64,000 nt of DNA from Eledone cirrhosa (taxonomy: Eukaryota). The number at the start of each line of letters is the position of its first letter. Position 1 is the stretch's first letter. Positions 19,761 to 30,937 of the stretch are shown here, piece after piece. The stretch is taken from positions 393,824,001 through 393,888,000 of the forward strand of contig OZ024740.1 in assembly GCA_964016885.1 (NCBI GenBank), written 5' to 3'. Made by a program: the position numbers and the translations under genes. The notes beneath the pieces are model-generated. The model ran no database searches. It was not told the DNA's origin and saw only the letters and a list, made by a program, of their open reading frames with translations.

Positions 19761-22700
19761 ATGGCTGTCTTAAGAGTAGGTTGTCTAAATGCGCGTGGCC
19801 TGGGCTCACCTTGGAAGCAAGCTAAACTTCTAAGTGACCTCAGGTCACAATGTGTAAATGTGATGGTTATTTGCGAGGCCCGGATCAGCAGCATGCGACA
19901 GCTAGCCCCCACCTTTGATAACTTTGAGATGCACGCATCTCTCTGTCAGCCTGGAGGTGGGGGTGGGGTTGTCGTTCTGCTGCAAAAACATCTGGGTCTC
20001 GCTACACAGACGGTACACTTGGACCCGGAGGGTCGACTAGTGGTTCTTGACCTTGGCAATGGCGAAGGCGAAGCTTTTAGGCTTGTCGCCGTATACGCCC
20101 CTTTTAGGGCAATGCGGTCGGACTTCTTCCATCGTCTGGAGACTTTTCTAGGGACGTCCCGCTCCTTGCTTTTAGTGGGGGACTGGAATGGTATCCTAGA
20201 TGCACGTTGGGACTATGTAGGGGCATGTCCCGATAGAGGGGGGTGTAACAGCCTTAAGGGGTTAATCGGCCGATTCGACCTGGCCGATAGATACCGACTA
20301 GATTTTCCGACTGTACCAACCTGGACCTGGTCAAATAACAGTGGTCAATCTAGATCGTACCTAGATAGGTTCTTAGTTAGAATTAAGGATAGGGACTTTT
20401 TAAGTTGTCCAGAAATGCTCATGGTGGGCTATTCAGACCACAAGTTAGTGACCTGCGTAGTCCACCTTGATAGAACGCATAGGCAGGGGCCCGGTTACTG
20501 GAAGCTCAACTTGTCCTTACCGGCAAGTAGAGCTTACAGGGACCGGATTAGAACCTTAGTTAAGGAGCAGTTGACGGGCGCCATCGTCAACAACAGGTGG
20601 TGGGGATCTCTAAAAAGAGAGATTAGAGTAGTTTCAATAGGAGTTAGTAAGGAGTTAGCCTCAGATAGAAATAGGAAGGAAAGGGAGTTGGTAGTTAATG
20701 TTGAAGAGGCAATGAGAAGCGGCAACGTGGCCAGAGTGCAAGCGTCGAGAACGGTCTTGAACCAGTTCTTCGACGCGAAACACGAAGGCTGCGTTGTCCG
20801 AAGCAAAATACGTGCTCTGGGAAACGAGGGGACCAAAGCTGTTAGCTGGGCCCGCGTGACAGAAGCGAAAAGTGGGATTAAATCCACTATCCGGTCTTTG
20901 CGAGACCAGGATGGACGGCTGATCCTTGAACCTAAGCAAATGTGCGAGGCCTTTCAAAGGCACTTTGCCGAATTGTTCGGGAGGGGCGGGGAGCCGGTTG
21001 GAGATGTGGATTTCGGTCCATACCTCGACGGCCTGCCGCGTCTTTCGGACAGGGAGGCGAGGTCCTGCGACGGGCCGATCTCAGCGGCTGAAATAGGGGA
21101 CGTGCTGAGCCTATGCGGCAAACGCAAATCTCCAGGACTCGATGGTCTGCCCTACGAACTATATATTAATATGCCGGACTTGTTCCCCGATCTCCTCGAG
21201 GCGGTCTACTGCAACTGGCAACAGAACGGGAGAATTCCCTGTTCTGTGACCAAGGGCGTAGTCTCGCTAGTGAGGAAGGACGAGAACAAGGGGGATGACA
21301 TTAGTAATTTTAGGCCCATAACTCTGCTAAATGCAGAGTTAAAGATTTTGGCGAAGGTGTTAGCGAAGAGGTTGGCGCTTGTCGTGGGGGGCCTGGTGGG
21401 AGATGCGCAGACATGCGCTATCCCGTCCAGGTCCATCCACGACAACCTCCACCTCATGCGATACATCATAGAGAGGGTTGGGAACGAACCCGGCTTTGGT
21501 GGGGCCCTGATAAATTTAGATCAGTCTAAAGCGTTCGATAGGGTGGACCATGTTTACCTGGATGCGGTGCTAGCGGCGGCTGGGTTCGGACCCGTTTTCA
21601 GGGGCTGGATCACTGCCATGCACAGCAGCCGCATCTGCTCTAGAATCAAGGTGAACGGCTACCTTTCGGAGCCGTTCGAAATCACCCGCTCCATCCGACA
21701 GGGGTGCCCTCTCTCCTCCCTTCTGTATGTGTTGACTCTCGAGCCATTACTGCGGAAGTTGGAGTTGTTGCAGGGCATCCCTTTGGAACCGGGATTGCGC
21801 AAAGCGGTGTCGGCCTACGCCGATGACGTAACAGTAATGGTGTCGACCGCCTCGGAAATCGAGGCAATCGGCACCTTACTAGAGGAGTACGAAAGGTTGA
21901 CAGGGGCTAAGCTGAACCGGGACAAGTCAGTCGCTTTGCAACTCGGCGAGTGGAGGGGCAAAGCGATGTCGTGCGACGGTATCGTCGGACGGTGGACGGA
22001 GGGCCCGGTGAAGTTGCTTGGGGTCTGGTTCGGACCGGACCTCCAGGTGGAGAAAAACTGGGGTGAGGTGACGAATAGGGTGTTTGCACTGACCCAGAAG
22101 TGGGCCGAGTGCAAACTATCCCTAAAAGGTCGGGCGGAGGTGGCGAACGCTTACATAGCGTCCGTCATCTATTACCGCTTGACTGTCGTGCCTTGCCCGG
22201 GTGAGATCCTCGCCAAAATGGAGCGCGCCCTCTTTTATTTCCTTTGGAAGAAGAGGTCTCCTCTAGTGAGGAGATCCATCTGCTGTCAACACCCTTTGAA
22301 AGGAGGGCTGGGGATGCCGTGGCTAAAAATGCGTAAACACGCATTGAGGCTAAGGCACCTCCACGTATTCCTCACCGGTCAACCGGTGTGGGCCCCGTTT
22401 GTGAGGCGAGCCTTCCCGAGGCTCGTCTCGCTCACCGAGCTGCAGTCCTGGGTGAAGCAAAGACCGAGAAAACTGGGCGACTGGCACACCGAGTGTGCCC
22501 AGGCGCTCACGGCTCTCTGGCAGGCGGACCCGGCTATCGACGGAGACTCCACCTCGTCATTCTATAGAGGGCTGGTGGTTAGCGGGTGCGACGACGCCCT
22601 CGGAGAAGCCCTAGGCATGGAGGAGGACGAACTGGCCAGTCTATTCGGTAGGACTTTCGGCCCGGGACCTATGGACAACTTCCAGAAGTCCTTGGCCTGG

Positions 22701-23144
22701 CAGTGCTACCGAGGGGCTCTGCCCGTTCGGGATAAGCTCTACAGACACGGGCGCCCGGGTAGGGACCCCTCGAAAAAGATCTGTCCCAGATGCGTGCGCG
22801 ACGAGGAAACCGTCGCGCACGCATTGGTGCACTGCCCGGGCGTTGCCGATCTGTGGGGCTATGTTGAACAACTGCTGTCACGGGTGGGACCAATTAGGTT
22901 GACCACCGAGTCCATTGTAACGATCAAGCCGCCTCCCCCCTTCAAAAATGAAGGAGAGGCGGTCTTCCTCTGTGTAATAGCCATGGTAAAAGAGGCTATA
23001 TGGTGGACGCGTCTGAAAGGGCTGAGGTCGGACACCTTTCTCTCCGGCCAACAACTGGTCCTTTTCTTCCGATACCATTTCGGAAGAAGGATCAGGATGG
23101 AGAGAGAGGTGCTCCACTCCAGCCAGTTTATGAAAGGTGGGTGA
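19761..23144 (+). CDS. ORF2p (APE-RT), C-terminus altered by a 1-nt deletion near 23127
   Basis: Same motifs as copy 1; CAGTTTATG versus CAGTTTTATG. Confidence 0.88.
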   Translation: MAVLRVGCLNARGLGSPWKQAKLLSDLRSQCVNVMVICEARISSMRQLAPTFDNFEMHASLCQPGGGGGVVVLLQKHLGLATQTVHLDPEGRLVVLDLGNGEGEAFRLVAVYAPFRAMRSDFFHRLETFLGTSRSLLLVGDWNGILDARWDYVGACPDRGGCNSLKGLIGRFDLADRYRLDFPTVPTWTWSNNSGQSRSYLDRFLVRIKDRDFLSCPEMLMVGYSDHKLVTCVVHLDRTHRQGPGYWKLNLSLPASRAYRDRIRTLVKEQLTGAIVNNRWWGSLKREIRVVSIGVSKELASDRNRKERELVVNVEEAMRSGNVARVQASRTVLNQFFDAKHEGCVVRSKIRALGNEGTKAVSWARVTEAKSGIKSTIRSLRDQDGRLILEPKQMCEAFQRHFAELFGRGGEPVGDVDFGPYLDGLPRLSDREARSCDGPISAAEIGDVLSLCGKRKSPGLDGLPYELYINMPDLFPDLLEAVYCNWQQNGRIPCSVTKGVVSLVRKDENKGDDISNFRPITLLNAELKILAKVLAKRLALVVGGLVGDAQTCAIPSRSIHDNLHLMRYIIERVGNEPGFGGALINLDQSKAFDRVDHVYLDAVLAAAGFGPVFRGWITAMHSSRICSRIKVNGYLSEPFEITRSIRQGCPLSSLLYVLTLEPLLRKLELLQGIPLEPGLRKAVSAYADDVTVMVSTASEIEAIGTLLEEYERLTGAKLNRDKSVALQLGEWRGKAMSCDGIVGRWTEGPVKLLGVWFGPDLQVEKNWGEVTNRVFALTQKWAECKLSLKGRAEVANAYIASVIYYRLTVVPCPGEILAKMERALFYFLWKKRSPLVRRSICCQHPLKGGLGMPWLKMRKHALRLRHLHVFLTGQPVWAPFVRRAFPRLVSLTELQSWVKQRPRKLGDWHTECAQALTALWQADPAIDGDSTSSFYRGLVVSGCDDALGEALGMEEDELASLFGRTFGPGPMDNFQKSLAWQCYRGALPVRDKLYRHGRPGRDPSKKICPRCVRDEETVAHALVHCPGVADLWGYVEQLLSRVGPIRLTTESIVTIKPPPPFKNEGEAVFLCVIAMVKEAIWWTRLKGLRSDTFLSGQQLVLFFRYHFGRRIRMEREVLHSSQFMKGG

Positions 23145-23630
23145 AAGTTGCGAGAATGGCCCGTGTGAATGGGCCTTCTCTCTACCTCAGCCTGTAGGTG
23201 GAACAGAAAGAAGGGAGCACCCTCTCTTTGTGCTCCCGTGGAGAAGGGTCGCACACTTTTTTTCGGGGGTGTGTGTGACCCCAAAACGATCCCTCCCCTA
23301 TTGAGGACCTTCTTGTTATTATTTTGTTTGTTATATTTTTCTTACTCGATTTTTATGTAAACTCCCCCCACCCATGTACATGTCCCTTTCTTTTGTGCCC
23401 TAGTGGCAAATAAACAGAAATTTGTCTGTCTGTCTGTCTGCCTGGCTGTCTGTCTGAGGATAGTAGACGTGTGTCATATCGCTCTGTGATTTGGATTTTT
23501 ACCTGCTAATTTTGTGAGTGGATTTTTTTGAATTATTTTGTATAATTAACTGTAACCCCTAGTCTGGGACTCTAGACGTCGGGTAAATATATTTTCACCC
23601 CTTTTGGGGTGAAAAATAAATATTTGAGAA

Positions 23631-25382
23631 ATGTTTATCGATATCGTTGATAACGATATCGTCGAAAACGATATCGCCATATTGGAAGCGAACGCCACGC
23701 CGACCAAAAAAACAAGCGGGAAAGAGGGAACAACAGTTCAAACTGTTGAACAACCCCTCCTCTCCAATGAAAAAAAGAATTTCAATTCAAATGAAAAAAT
23801 TAATTTTCAAGAAAAAAATAACACCACAAATAAGGAAACCAACAACATTACAACAACAAACAAAGACAAAATTTCTTTTGCCCAAACACTCAAGAGAGCC
23901 ACGGAGTACAAAGCCATTGACATCACGAACGCCAAGGAAAATTTGCTAGAGGCTAGAAAATACGTATCTTTTGGGGTGGATGGTTCCTTTACGATCAACT
24001 CCCCAGAAGAAGTGCGTGAACAGATTTACAAGAATACCGTAAGCTTCAGAACCATAACCAACGAAACGAGAAAGCCAGCGCAATTGACCGAAAGTCAAAT
24101 CGAGCTGGTTCTGAAAGAAATTAAAAATGACATACTCTTTATTCAAAGAGGAAAGCTGTATGCCAGCATTATGGTCCGAATGAAGGACGAAATGCTGGCT
24201 CAGAAATATTCGGTGGCACCTATAGTGTCACCACAATACACCTTCTTCCCCACATATAAAGGAAGAAGAACACAAAGGATAAGAATGTGGAGCCCTACGC
24301 CAGAAATTAACATCTGGTCCGTCCTAACAGGATTTACCGACCTAGATAAGGACATACTAATTTCAGCAGGGGAGTCCACCAGTGGACTGTTCGGGGGGAA
24401 AAGTCTGGAGGTTCTCTTACAGATGACACCTGAGAGAATCTCCGGAATACCCGACCGAGTGCTACTGGATGGGCGAACCTACATAAATATCACAGTGGAA
24501 GGCAGGAGACCCTCATGTTACCACTGCGCTGGCAGAGGTCACCTGAGGACGGCCTGCCCTCTACTAACAACTAAAAAACCACTGCTACAAACACCACAAC
24601 AACAACAAAAACAACCAGCACCACCATCACAAAAACAACAAAATACACTACCATCTCCACCAGAACAACAAAAACCAACAACACCACCACCACCACAACA
24701 ACAACAACATCAACAACAGCTCAAGAAAACAACCCAAAACACGGTCCCACCCAGCCCCACCCCACAGAACACAAATACAAAAACAGTTCATACACAACCC
24801 GGAGATATACCCCTCCCCTCCAATACGGAAGAGGAGCTCATATCGTCGGAAGACGAGGGGGCTCCCTTCCAAAAAGTGAAAAGAAAAAAACGTACACACA
24901 CCACAACAACAAAAATAACCCCACCTGACAACACAACACAGACAATAAAACGCAAACTCACTCAACAACAACAAGCAAAAACAAACACAACAACACAAAA
25001 ACTCTACACATACATAAACAAAAACAATGAAAACCTAACTTTAAAAATAGAAACCAACCCTTCGATACAAACCGAAGGGCCGAATTTCGTAACGGCAATG
25101 GGGCTCCCTAACCTGAAAATGGTGAAAATCCCACTTGACATTTTTAAAACTTTAAAAGACATGTACCCTGAGGACGTGGGCCCACCCTGCACCAGGCCAC
25201 TCAACCGCGTCCTCCTGAAAGGTTTTCCCCTCCCCTCCTCAAACACCCACACAACTCCAAAGATCCCAACCCCTCCACACACCAATACCCCCACACCACC
25301 ACAAACCACCACCCCACCCATCAACCCCGCCACCAGCCCCATGGAAACTGAGCGACCCGAACCCCGGGACGCAGAGAGGTAA
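23631..25382 (+). CDS. LINE ORF1p (583 aa)
   Basis: Matches copy 1 ORF1 except VHTQ versus VQTQ. Confidence 0.9.
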   Translation: MFIDIVDNDIVENDIAILEANATPTKKTSGKEGTTVQTVEQPLLSNEKKNFNSNEKINFQEKNNTTNKETNNITTTNKDKISFAQTLKRATEYKAIDITNAKENLLEARKYVSFGVDGSFTINSPEEVREQIYKNTVSFRTITNETRKPAQLTESQIELVLKEIKNDILFIQRGKLYASIMVRMKDEMLAQKYSVAPIVSPQYTFFPTYKGRRTQRIRMWSPTPEINIWSVLTGFTDLDKDILISAGESTSGLFGGKSLEVLLQMTPERISGIPDRVLLDGRTYINITVEGRRPSCYHCAGRGHLRTACPLLTTKKPLLQTPQQQQKQPAPPSQKQQNTLPSPPEQQKPTTPPPPQQQQHQQQLKKTTQNTVPPSPTPQNTNTKTVHTQPGDIPLPSNTEEELISSEDEGAPFQKVKRKKRTHTTTTKITPPDNTTQTIKRKLTQQQQAKTNTTTQKLYTYINKNNENLTLKIETNPSIQTEGPNFVTAMGLPNLKMVKIPLDIFKTLKDMYPEDVGPPCTRPLNRVLLKGFPLPSSNTHTTPKIPTPPHTNTPTPPQTTTPPINPATSPMETERPEPRDAER

Positions 25383-25405
25383 GTGCCTCTTTCTTTGCCA
25401 CCAAC

Positions 25406-28400
25406 ATGGCTGTCTTAAGAGTGGGTTGTCTAAATGCGCGTGGCCTGGGCTCACCTTGGAAGCAAGCTAAACTTCTAAGTGACCTCAGGTCACAATGTGT
25501 AAATGTGATGGTTATTTGCGAGGCCCGGATCAGCAGCATGCAACAGCTAACCCCCACCTTTGATGACTTTGAGATGCACGCATCTCTCTGTCAGCCCGGA
25601 GGTGGGGGTGGGGTTGTCGTTCTGCTGCAAAAACATCTGGGTCTCGCTACACAGACGGTACACTTGGACCCGGAGGGTCGACTCGTGGTTCTGGACCTTG
25701 GCAATGGCGAAGGCGAAGCTTTTAGGCTTGTCGCCGTATACGCCCCTTTTGGGGCAATGCGGTCGGACTTCTTCCATCGTCTGGAGACTTTTCTAGGGAC
25801 GTCCCGCTCCTTGCTTTTAGTGGGGGACTGGAATGGTATCCTAGATGCACGTTGGGACTATGTAGGGGCATGTCCCGATAGAGGGGGGTGTAACAGCCTT
25901 AAGGGGTTAATCGGCCGATTCGACCTGGCCGATAGATACCGACTAGATTTTCCGACTGTACCAACCTGGACCTGGTCAAATAACAGTGGTCAATCTAGAT
26001 CGTACCTAGATAGGTTCTTAGTTAGAATTAAGGATAGGGACTTTTTAAGTTGTCCAGAAATGCTCATGGTGGGCTATTCAGACCACAAGTTAGTGACCTG
26101 CGTAGTCCACCTTGATAGAACGCATAGGCAGGGGCCCGGTTACTGGAAGCTCAACTTGTCCTTACCGGCAAGTAGAGCCTACAGGGACCGGATTAGAACC
26201 TTAGTTAAGGAGCAGTTGACGGGCGCCATCGTCAACAACAGGTGGTGGGGCTCTCTAAAAAGAGAGATTAGAGTAGTTTCAATAGGAGTTAGTAAGGAGT
26301 TAGCCTCAGATAGAAATAGGAAGGAAAGGGAGTTGGTAGTTAATGTTGAAGAGGCAATGAGAAGCGGCAACGTGGCCAGAGTGCAAGCGTCGAGAACGGT
26401 CTTGAACCAGTTCTTCGACGCGAAACACGAAGGCTGCGTTGTCCGAAGCAAAATACGTGCTCTGGGAAACGAGGGGACCAAAGCTGTTAGCTGGGCCCGC
26501 GTGACAGAAGCGAAAAGTGGGATTAAATCCACTATCCGGTCTTTGCGAGACCAGGATGGACGGCTGATCCTTGAACCTAAGCAAATGTGCGAGGCCTTTC
26601 AAAGGCACTTTGCCGAATTGTTCGGGAGGGGCGGGGAGCCGGTTGGAGATGTGGATTTCGGTCCATACCTCGACGGCCTGCCGCGTCTTTCGGACGGGGA
26701 GGCGAGGTCCTGCGACGGGCCGATCTCAGCTGCTGAAATAGGGGACGTGCTGAGCCTATGCGGCAAACGCAAATCTCCAGGACTCGATGGTCTGCCCTAC
26801 GAACTATATATTAATATGCCGGACTTGTTCCCCGATCTCCTCGAGGCGGTCTACTGCAACTGGCAACAGAACGGGAGAATTCCCTGTTCTGTGACCAAGG
26901 GCGTAGTCTCGCTAGTGAGGAAGGACGAGAACAAGGGGGATGACATTAGTAATTTTAGGCCCATAACTCTGCTAAATGCAGAGTTAAAGATTTTGGCGAA
27001 GGTGTTAGCGAAGAGGTTGGCGCTTGTCGTGGGGGGCCTGGTGGGAGATGCGCAGACATGCGCTATCCCGTCCAGGTCCATCCACGACAACCTCCACCTC
27101 ATGCGATACATCATAGAGAGGGTTGGGAACGAACCCGGCTTTGGTGGGGCCCTGATAAATTTAGATCAGTCTAAAGCGTTCGATAGGGTGGACCATGGTT
27201 ACCTGGATGCGGTGCTAGCGGCGGCTGGGTTCGGACCCGTTTTCAGGGGCTGGATCACTGCCATGCACAGCAGCCGCATCTGCTCTAGAGTCAAGGTGAA
27301 CGGCTACCTTTCGGAGCCGTTCGAAATCACCCGCTCCATCCGACAGGGGTGCCCTCTCTCCTCCCTTCTGTATGTGTTGACTCTCGAGCCATTACTGCGG
27401 AAGTTGGAGTTGTTGCAGGGCATCCCTTTGGAACCGGGATTGCGCAAAGCGGTGTCGGCCTACGCCGATGACGTAACAGTAATGGTGTCGACCGCCTCGG
27501 AAATCGAGGCGATCGGCACCTTACTAGAGGAGTACGAAAGGTTGACAGGGGCTAAGCTGAACCGGGACAAGTCAATCGCTTTGCAACTCGGCGAGTGGAG
27601 GGGCAAAGCGATGTCGTGCGACGGTATCGTCGGACGGTGGACGGAGGGCCCGGTGAAGCTGCTTGGGGTCTGGTTCGGACCGGACCTCCAGGTGGAGAAA
27701 AACTGGGGTGAGGTGACGAATAGGGTGTTTGCACTGACCCAGAAGTGGGCCGAGTGCAAACTATCCCTAAAAGGTCGGGCGGAGGTGGCGAACGCTTACA
27801 TAGCGTCCGTCATCTATTACCGCTTGACTGTCGTGCCTTGCCCGGGTGAGATCCTCGCCAAAATGGAGCGCGCCCTCTTTTATTTCCTTTGGAAGAAGAG
27901 GTCTCCTCTAGTGAGGAGATCCATCTGCTGTCAACACCCTTTGAAAGGAGGGCTGGGGATGCCGTGGCTAAAAATGCGTAAACACGCATTGAGGCTAAGG
28001 CACCTCCACGTATTCCTCACCGGTCAACCGGTGTGGGCCCCGTTTGTGAGGCGAGCCTTCCCGAGGCTCGTCTCGCTCACCGAGCTGCAGTCCTGGGTGA
28101 AGCAAAGACCGAGAAAACTGGGCGACTGGCACACCGAGTGTGCCCAGGCGCTCACGGCTCTCTGGCAGGCGGACCCGGCTATCGACGGAGACTCCACCTC
28201 GTCATTCTATAGAGGGCTGGTGGTTAGCGGGTGCGACGACGCCCTCGGAGAAGCCCTAGGCATGGAGGAGGACGAACTGGCCAGTCTATTCGGTAGGACT
28301 TTCGGCCCGGGACCTATGGACAACTTCCAGAAGTCCTTGGCCTGGCAGTGCTACCGAGGGGCTCTGCCCGTTCGGGATAAGCTCTACAGACACGGGCGCC

Positions 28401-28843
28401 CGGGTAGGGACCCCTCGAAAAAGATCTGTCCCAGATGCGTGCGCGACGAGGAAACCGTCGCGCACGCATTGGTGCACTGCCCGGGCGTTGCCGATCTGTG
28501 GGGCTATGTTGAACAACTGCTGTCACGGGTGGGACCAATTAGGTTGACCACCGAGTCCATTGTAACGATCAAGCCGCCTCCCCCCTTCAAAAATGAAGGA
28601 GAGGCGGTCTTCCTCTGTGTAATAGCCATGGTAAAAGAGGCTATATGGTGGACGCGTCTGAAAGGGCTGAGGTCGGACACCTTTCTCTCCGGCCAACAAC
28701 TGGTCCTTTTCTTCCGATACCATTTCGGAAGAAGGATCAGGATGGAGAGAGAGGTGCTCCACTCCAGCCAGTTTTATGAAAGGTGGGTGAAAGTTGCGAG
28801 AATGGCCCGTGTGAATGGGCCTTCTCTCTACCTCAGCCTGTAG
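25406..28843 (+). CDS. LINE ORF2p APE-RT-CCHC (1145 aa)
   Basis: All catalytic motifs intact. Confidence 0.97.
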   Translation: MAVLRVGCLNARGLGSPWKQAKLLSDLRSQCVNVMVICEARISSMQQLTPTFDDFEMHASLCQPGGGGGVVVLLQKHLGLATQTVHLDPEGRLVVLDLGNGEGEAFRLVAVYAPFGAMRSDFFHRLETFLGTSRSLLLVGDWNGILDARWDYVGACPDRGGCNSLKGLIGRFDLADRYRLDFPTVPTWTWSNNSGQSRSYLDRFLVRIKDRDFLSCPEMLMVGYSDHKLVTCVVHLDRTHRQGPGYWKLNLSLPASRAYRDRIRTLVKEQLTGAIVNNRWWGSLKREIRVVSIGVSKELASDRNRKERELVVNVEEAMRSGNVARVQASRTVLNQFFDAKHEGCVVRSKIRALGNEGTKAVSWARVTEAKSGIKSTIRSLRDQDGRLILEPKQMCEAFQRHFAELFGRGGEPVGDVDFGPYLDGLPRLSDGEARSCDGPISAAEIGDVLSLCGKRKSPGLDGLPYELYINMPDLFPDLLEAVYCNWQQNGRIPCSVTKGVVSLVRKDENKGDDISNFRPITLLNAELKILAKVLAKRLALVVGGLVGDAQTCAIPSRSIHDNLHLMRYIIERVGNEPGFGGALINLDQSKAFDRVDHGYLDAVLAAAGFGPVFRGWITAMHSSRICSRVKVNGYLSEPFEITRSIRQGCPLSSLLYVLTLEPLLRKLELLQGIPLEPGLRKAVSAYADDVTVMVSTASEIEAIGTLLEEYERLTGAKLNRDKSIALQLGEWRGKAMSCDGIVGRWTEGPVKLLGVWFGPDLQVEKNWGEVTNRVFALTQKWAECKLSLKGRAEVANAYIASVIYYRLTVVPCPGEILAKMERALFYFLWKKRSPLVRRSICCQHPLKGGLGMPWLKMRKHALRLRHLHVFLTGQPVWAPFVRRAFPRLVSLTELQSWVKQRPRKLGDWHTECAQALTALWQADPAIDGDSTSSFYRGLVVSGCDDALGEALGMEEDELASLFGRTFGPGPMDNFQKSLAWQCYRGALPVRDKLYRHGRPGRDPSKKICPRCVRDEETVAHALVHCPGVADLWGYVEQLLSRVGPIRLTTESIVTIKPPPPFKNEGEAVFLCVIAMVKEAIWWTRLKGLRSDTFLSGQQLVLFFRYHFGRRIRMEREVLHSSQFYERWVKVARMARVNGPSLYLSL

Positions 28844-29065
28844 GTGGAACAGAAAGAAGGGAGCACCCTCTCTTTGTGCTCCCGTGGAGAAGGGTCGCAC
28901 ACTTTTTTTCGGGGGTGTGTGTGACCCCAAAACGATCCCTCCCTATTGAGGACCTTCTTGTTACTATTTTGTTTGTTATATTTTTCTTACTCGATTTTTA
29001 TGTAAACTCCCCCCACCCATGTACATGTCCCTTTCTTTTGTGCCCTAGTGGCAAATAAACAGAAA

Positions 29066-29067
<2 letters not shown>

Positions 29068-29136
<69 letters not shown>
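29068..29136. repeat. (TGTC)n, right flank of the Tx1 array
   Basis: Direct reading. Confidence 0.95.
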
Positions 29137-30937
29137 TTAGTCATTTAATAATTCATCGTTCTATTTAAAATGAAAGACAGACAAAAGCTAAACTTTCTGA
29201 ATTCTGCTGAAGTATTCCTTCGTTAATCACTTTCAATTTAAACAGCAGCGAATATGCTGGATTGCGATATACATTTGTCATTAGAGACATTTGTCATAAT
29301 GTATATATTATATAGCCAGGTTTTAAAATGCCCTAGAAAGGCCGTATGTCAATACATAACCCCCACGACTCTCTCGGGAGTTACGAGAAAAAAGAAAGAA
29401 TCAAGAAATATATTATATGTATAAGTACATGTACACATGCACATCATTTATATCAACGTCTGTTCTATGTTTTATCCTCTTTACTCACAAATATTTATTC
29501 CGAACAAAATCCATTCCCATGTCCTCTGAAGAATACACCTTATAGTCTTTCGTCAAAATGGATTTTATTGAAGAAAGTTTTTAGGTTGTTTACTAAGTGT
29601 GTGCCTTTAATATTTGGCTTGAAAATTTATTACTCCCATTCTGTAGAGTAGGAATAGTTGGTGCTGTGTCCTCCTCATACTAATCGATCACAACCATTTC
29701 AATTTCTTGTTGAATAGTAACAGCAGTCCAACATGACAACACAACAAACATCTATAAATTAGGAGACTTCACATGTGCTAAGTATTCTTTAGCTGAATGA
29801 TTTATTGTTAAGATCAAATAAGTTGGTGTCTTACTGACTCTTGTAAATACCATGAATATTCTTAATGCTGACTTTTAAAGTGTTTGTTGTTAGCGTTGTT
29901 TATTTCCCTGGACAGATATTGAAGAGGCCTGCAAGTAATGCCGTTCTAGCCTATACCGTCTTTATTATTTTCAGGTATAAGACAGTGGGGTACAGTTTGA
30001 GAAAGAATTGACTGCTATTTCTAAAATATTTCTTATTAGCTCGTCAAGGTATTTGTTCTAGTATCTATAAGTTTGAAAATGGAAGTCAAACGCACCGTGG
30101 GCTTCATAGCTATGTCGTTGATGTGACCTGTGTTTCATTACAGCGTGGTAGCCTACGGTGCTCTTGCTACAGTCATTACCGCTACTCTCCGAAGAAGCCA
30201 TCTACTGAGGAAGGAACAGGTAGTGACACATACTTGGTCAGAAACAGTCAGTAGAAACTGTAAGGTTTCTGATATGCAATCCTGTTCTAGTTGTTATTTA
30301 TACACAGATTAGCGATGACTGAGCAGACTTATCATTAAATATTCCAGTCATGGCCATCATATTTTTTCCTATGTGCAGGGAATTCAAGTCCACATTATCT
30401 AGTGTTATTTTCTAAGATTTTGGGAGTGATTTAAAGGAGATTTGGTTTTTATATCTTGCAGGTCGAGCAGCTAAGTAGAGACTCCTCACCACCTTAGCTC
30501 GAGAATAGATGTTCTTGCTGGTTTGCTGGAAGCATTCTACGCATAGGGCTTTATTTCATTTGAGATATTTTCTTATGTTTTGTTCAGGTCTACACTGCTT
30601 GAACCAACAAATGATATACAAGTAGCGATTGAAAATAACAAAACAACGTTTTAAACATAATCAATCCGTAATAGCATGAATATATATATAAGTTCAATAA
30701 TCTAAATGTGAAATTCCTATTTCAAAGATGCGTAGAGTTCGTTGGTTACGGTAGAAGATTTGACTATAACATTGAGGAGGTCGAATCTAACACCCGGGAA
30801 CTAAAACGTTGGCTTATTTTAATCTGGCATGTAACGAATTGGTGGATCGAAAGACAGTCGTTAGAGCATCGAATAAAATGCTTTACGGCATTTGTTTCAG
30901 CCGAGATTGACTTTGCCTTTCATTATTAGTTAACTTT

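Larger units (their letters stand above)
17956..23422 (+). mobile_element. full-length Tx1 family A copy 2 (ORF1 deletion, late ORF2 frameshift)
   Basis: Same termini as copy 1; separated from it by (TGTC)n at 17927-17955. Confidence 0.95.
23456..29067 (+). mobile_element. full-length Tx1 family A copy 3 (intact)
   Basis: Same termini; preceded by imperfect (TGTC)n at 23423-23455, followed by (TGTC)n at 29068-29136. Confidence 0.95.

Noticed and set aside
12284-29136. LTR element or CRISPR-like repeat-spacer array
   Set aside because: No LTRs, integrase or cas genes; the units are APE-RT LINEs separated by microsatellite.
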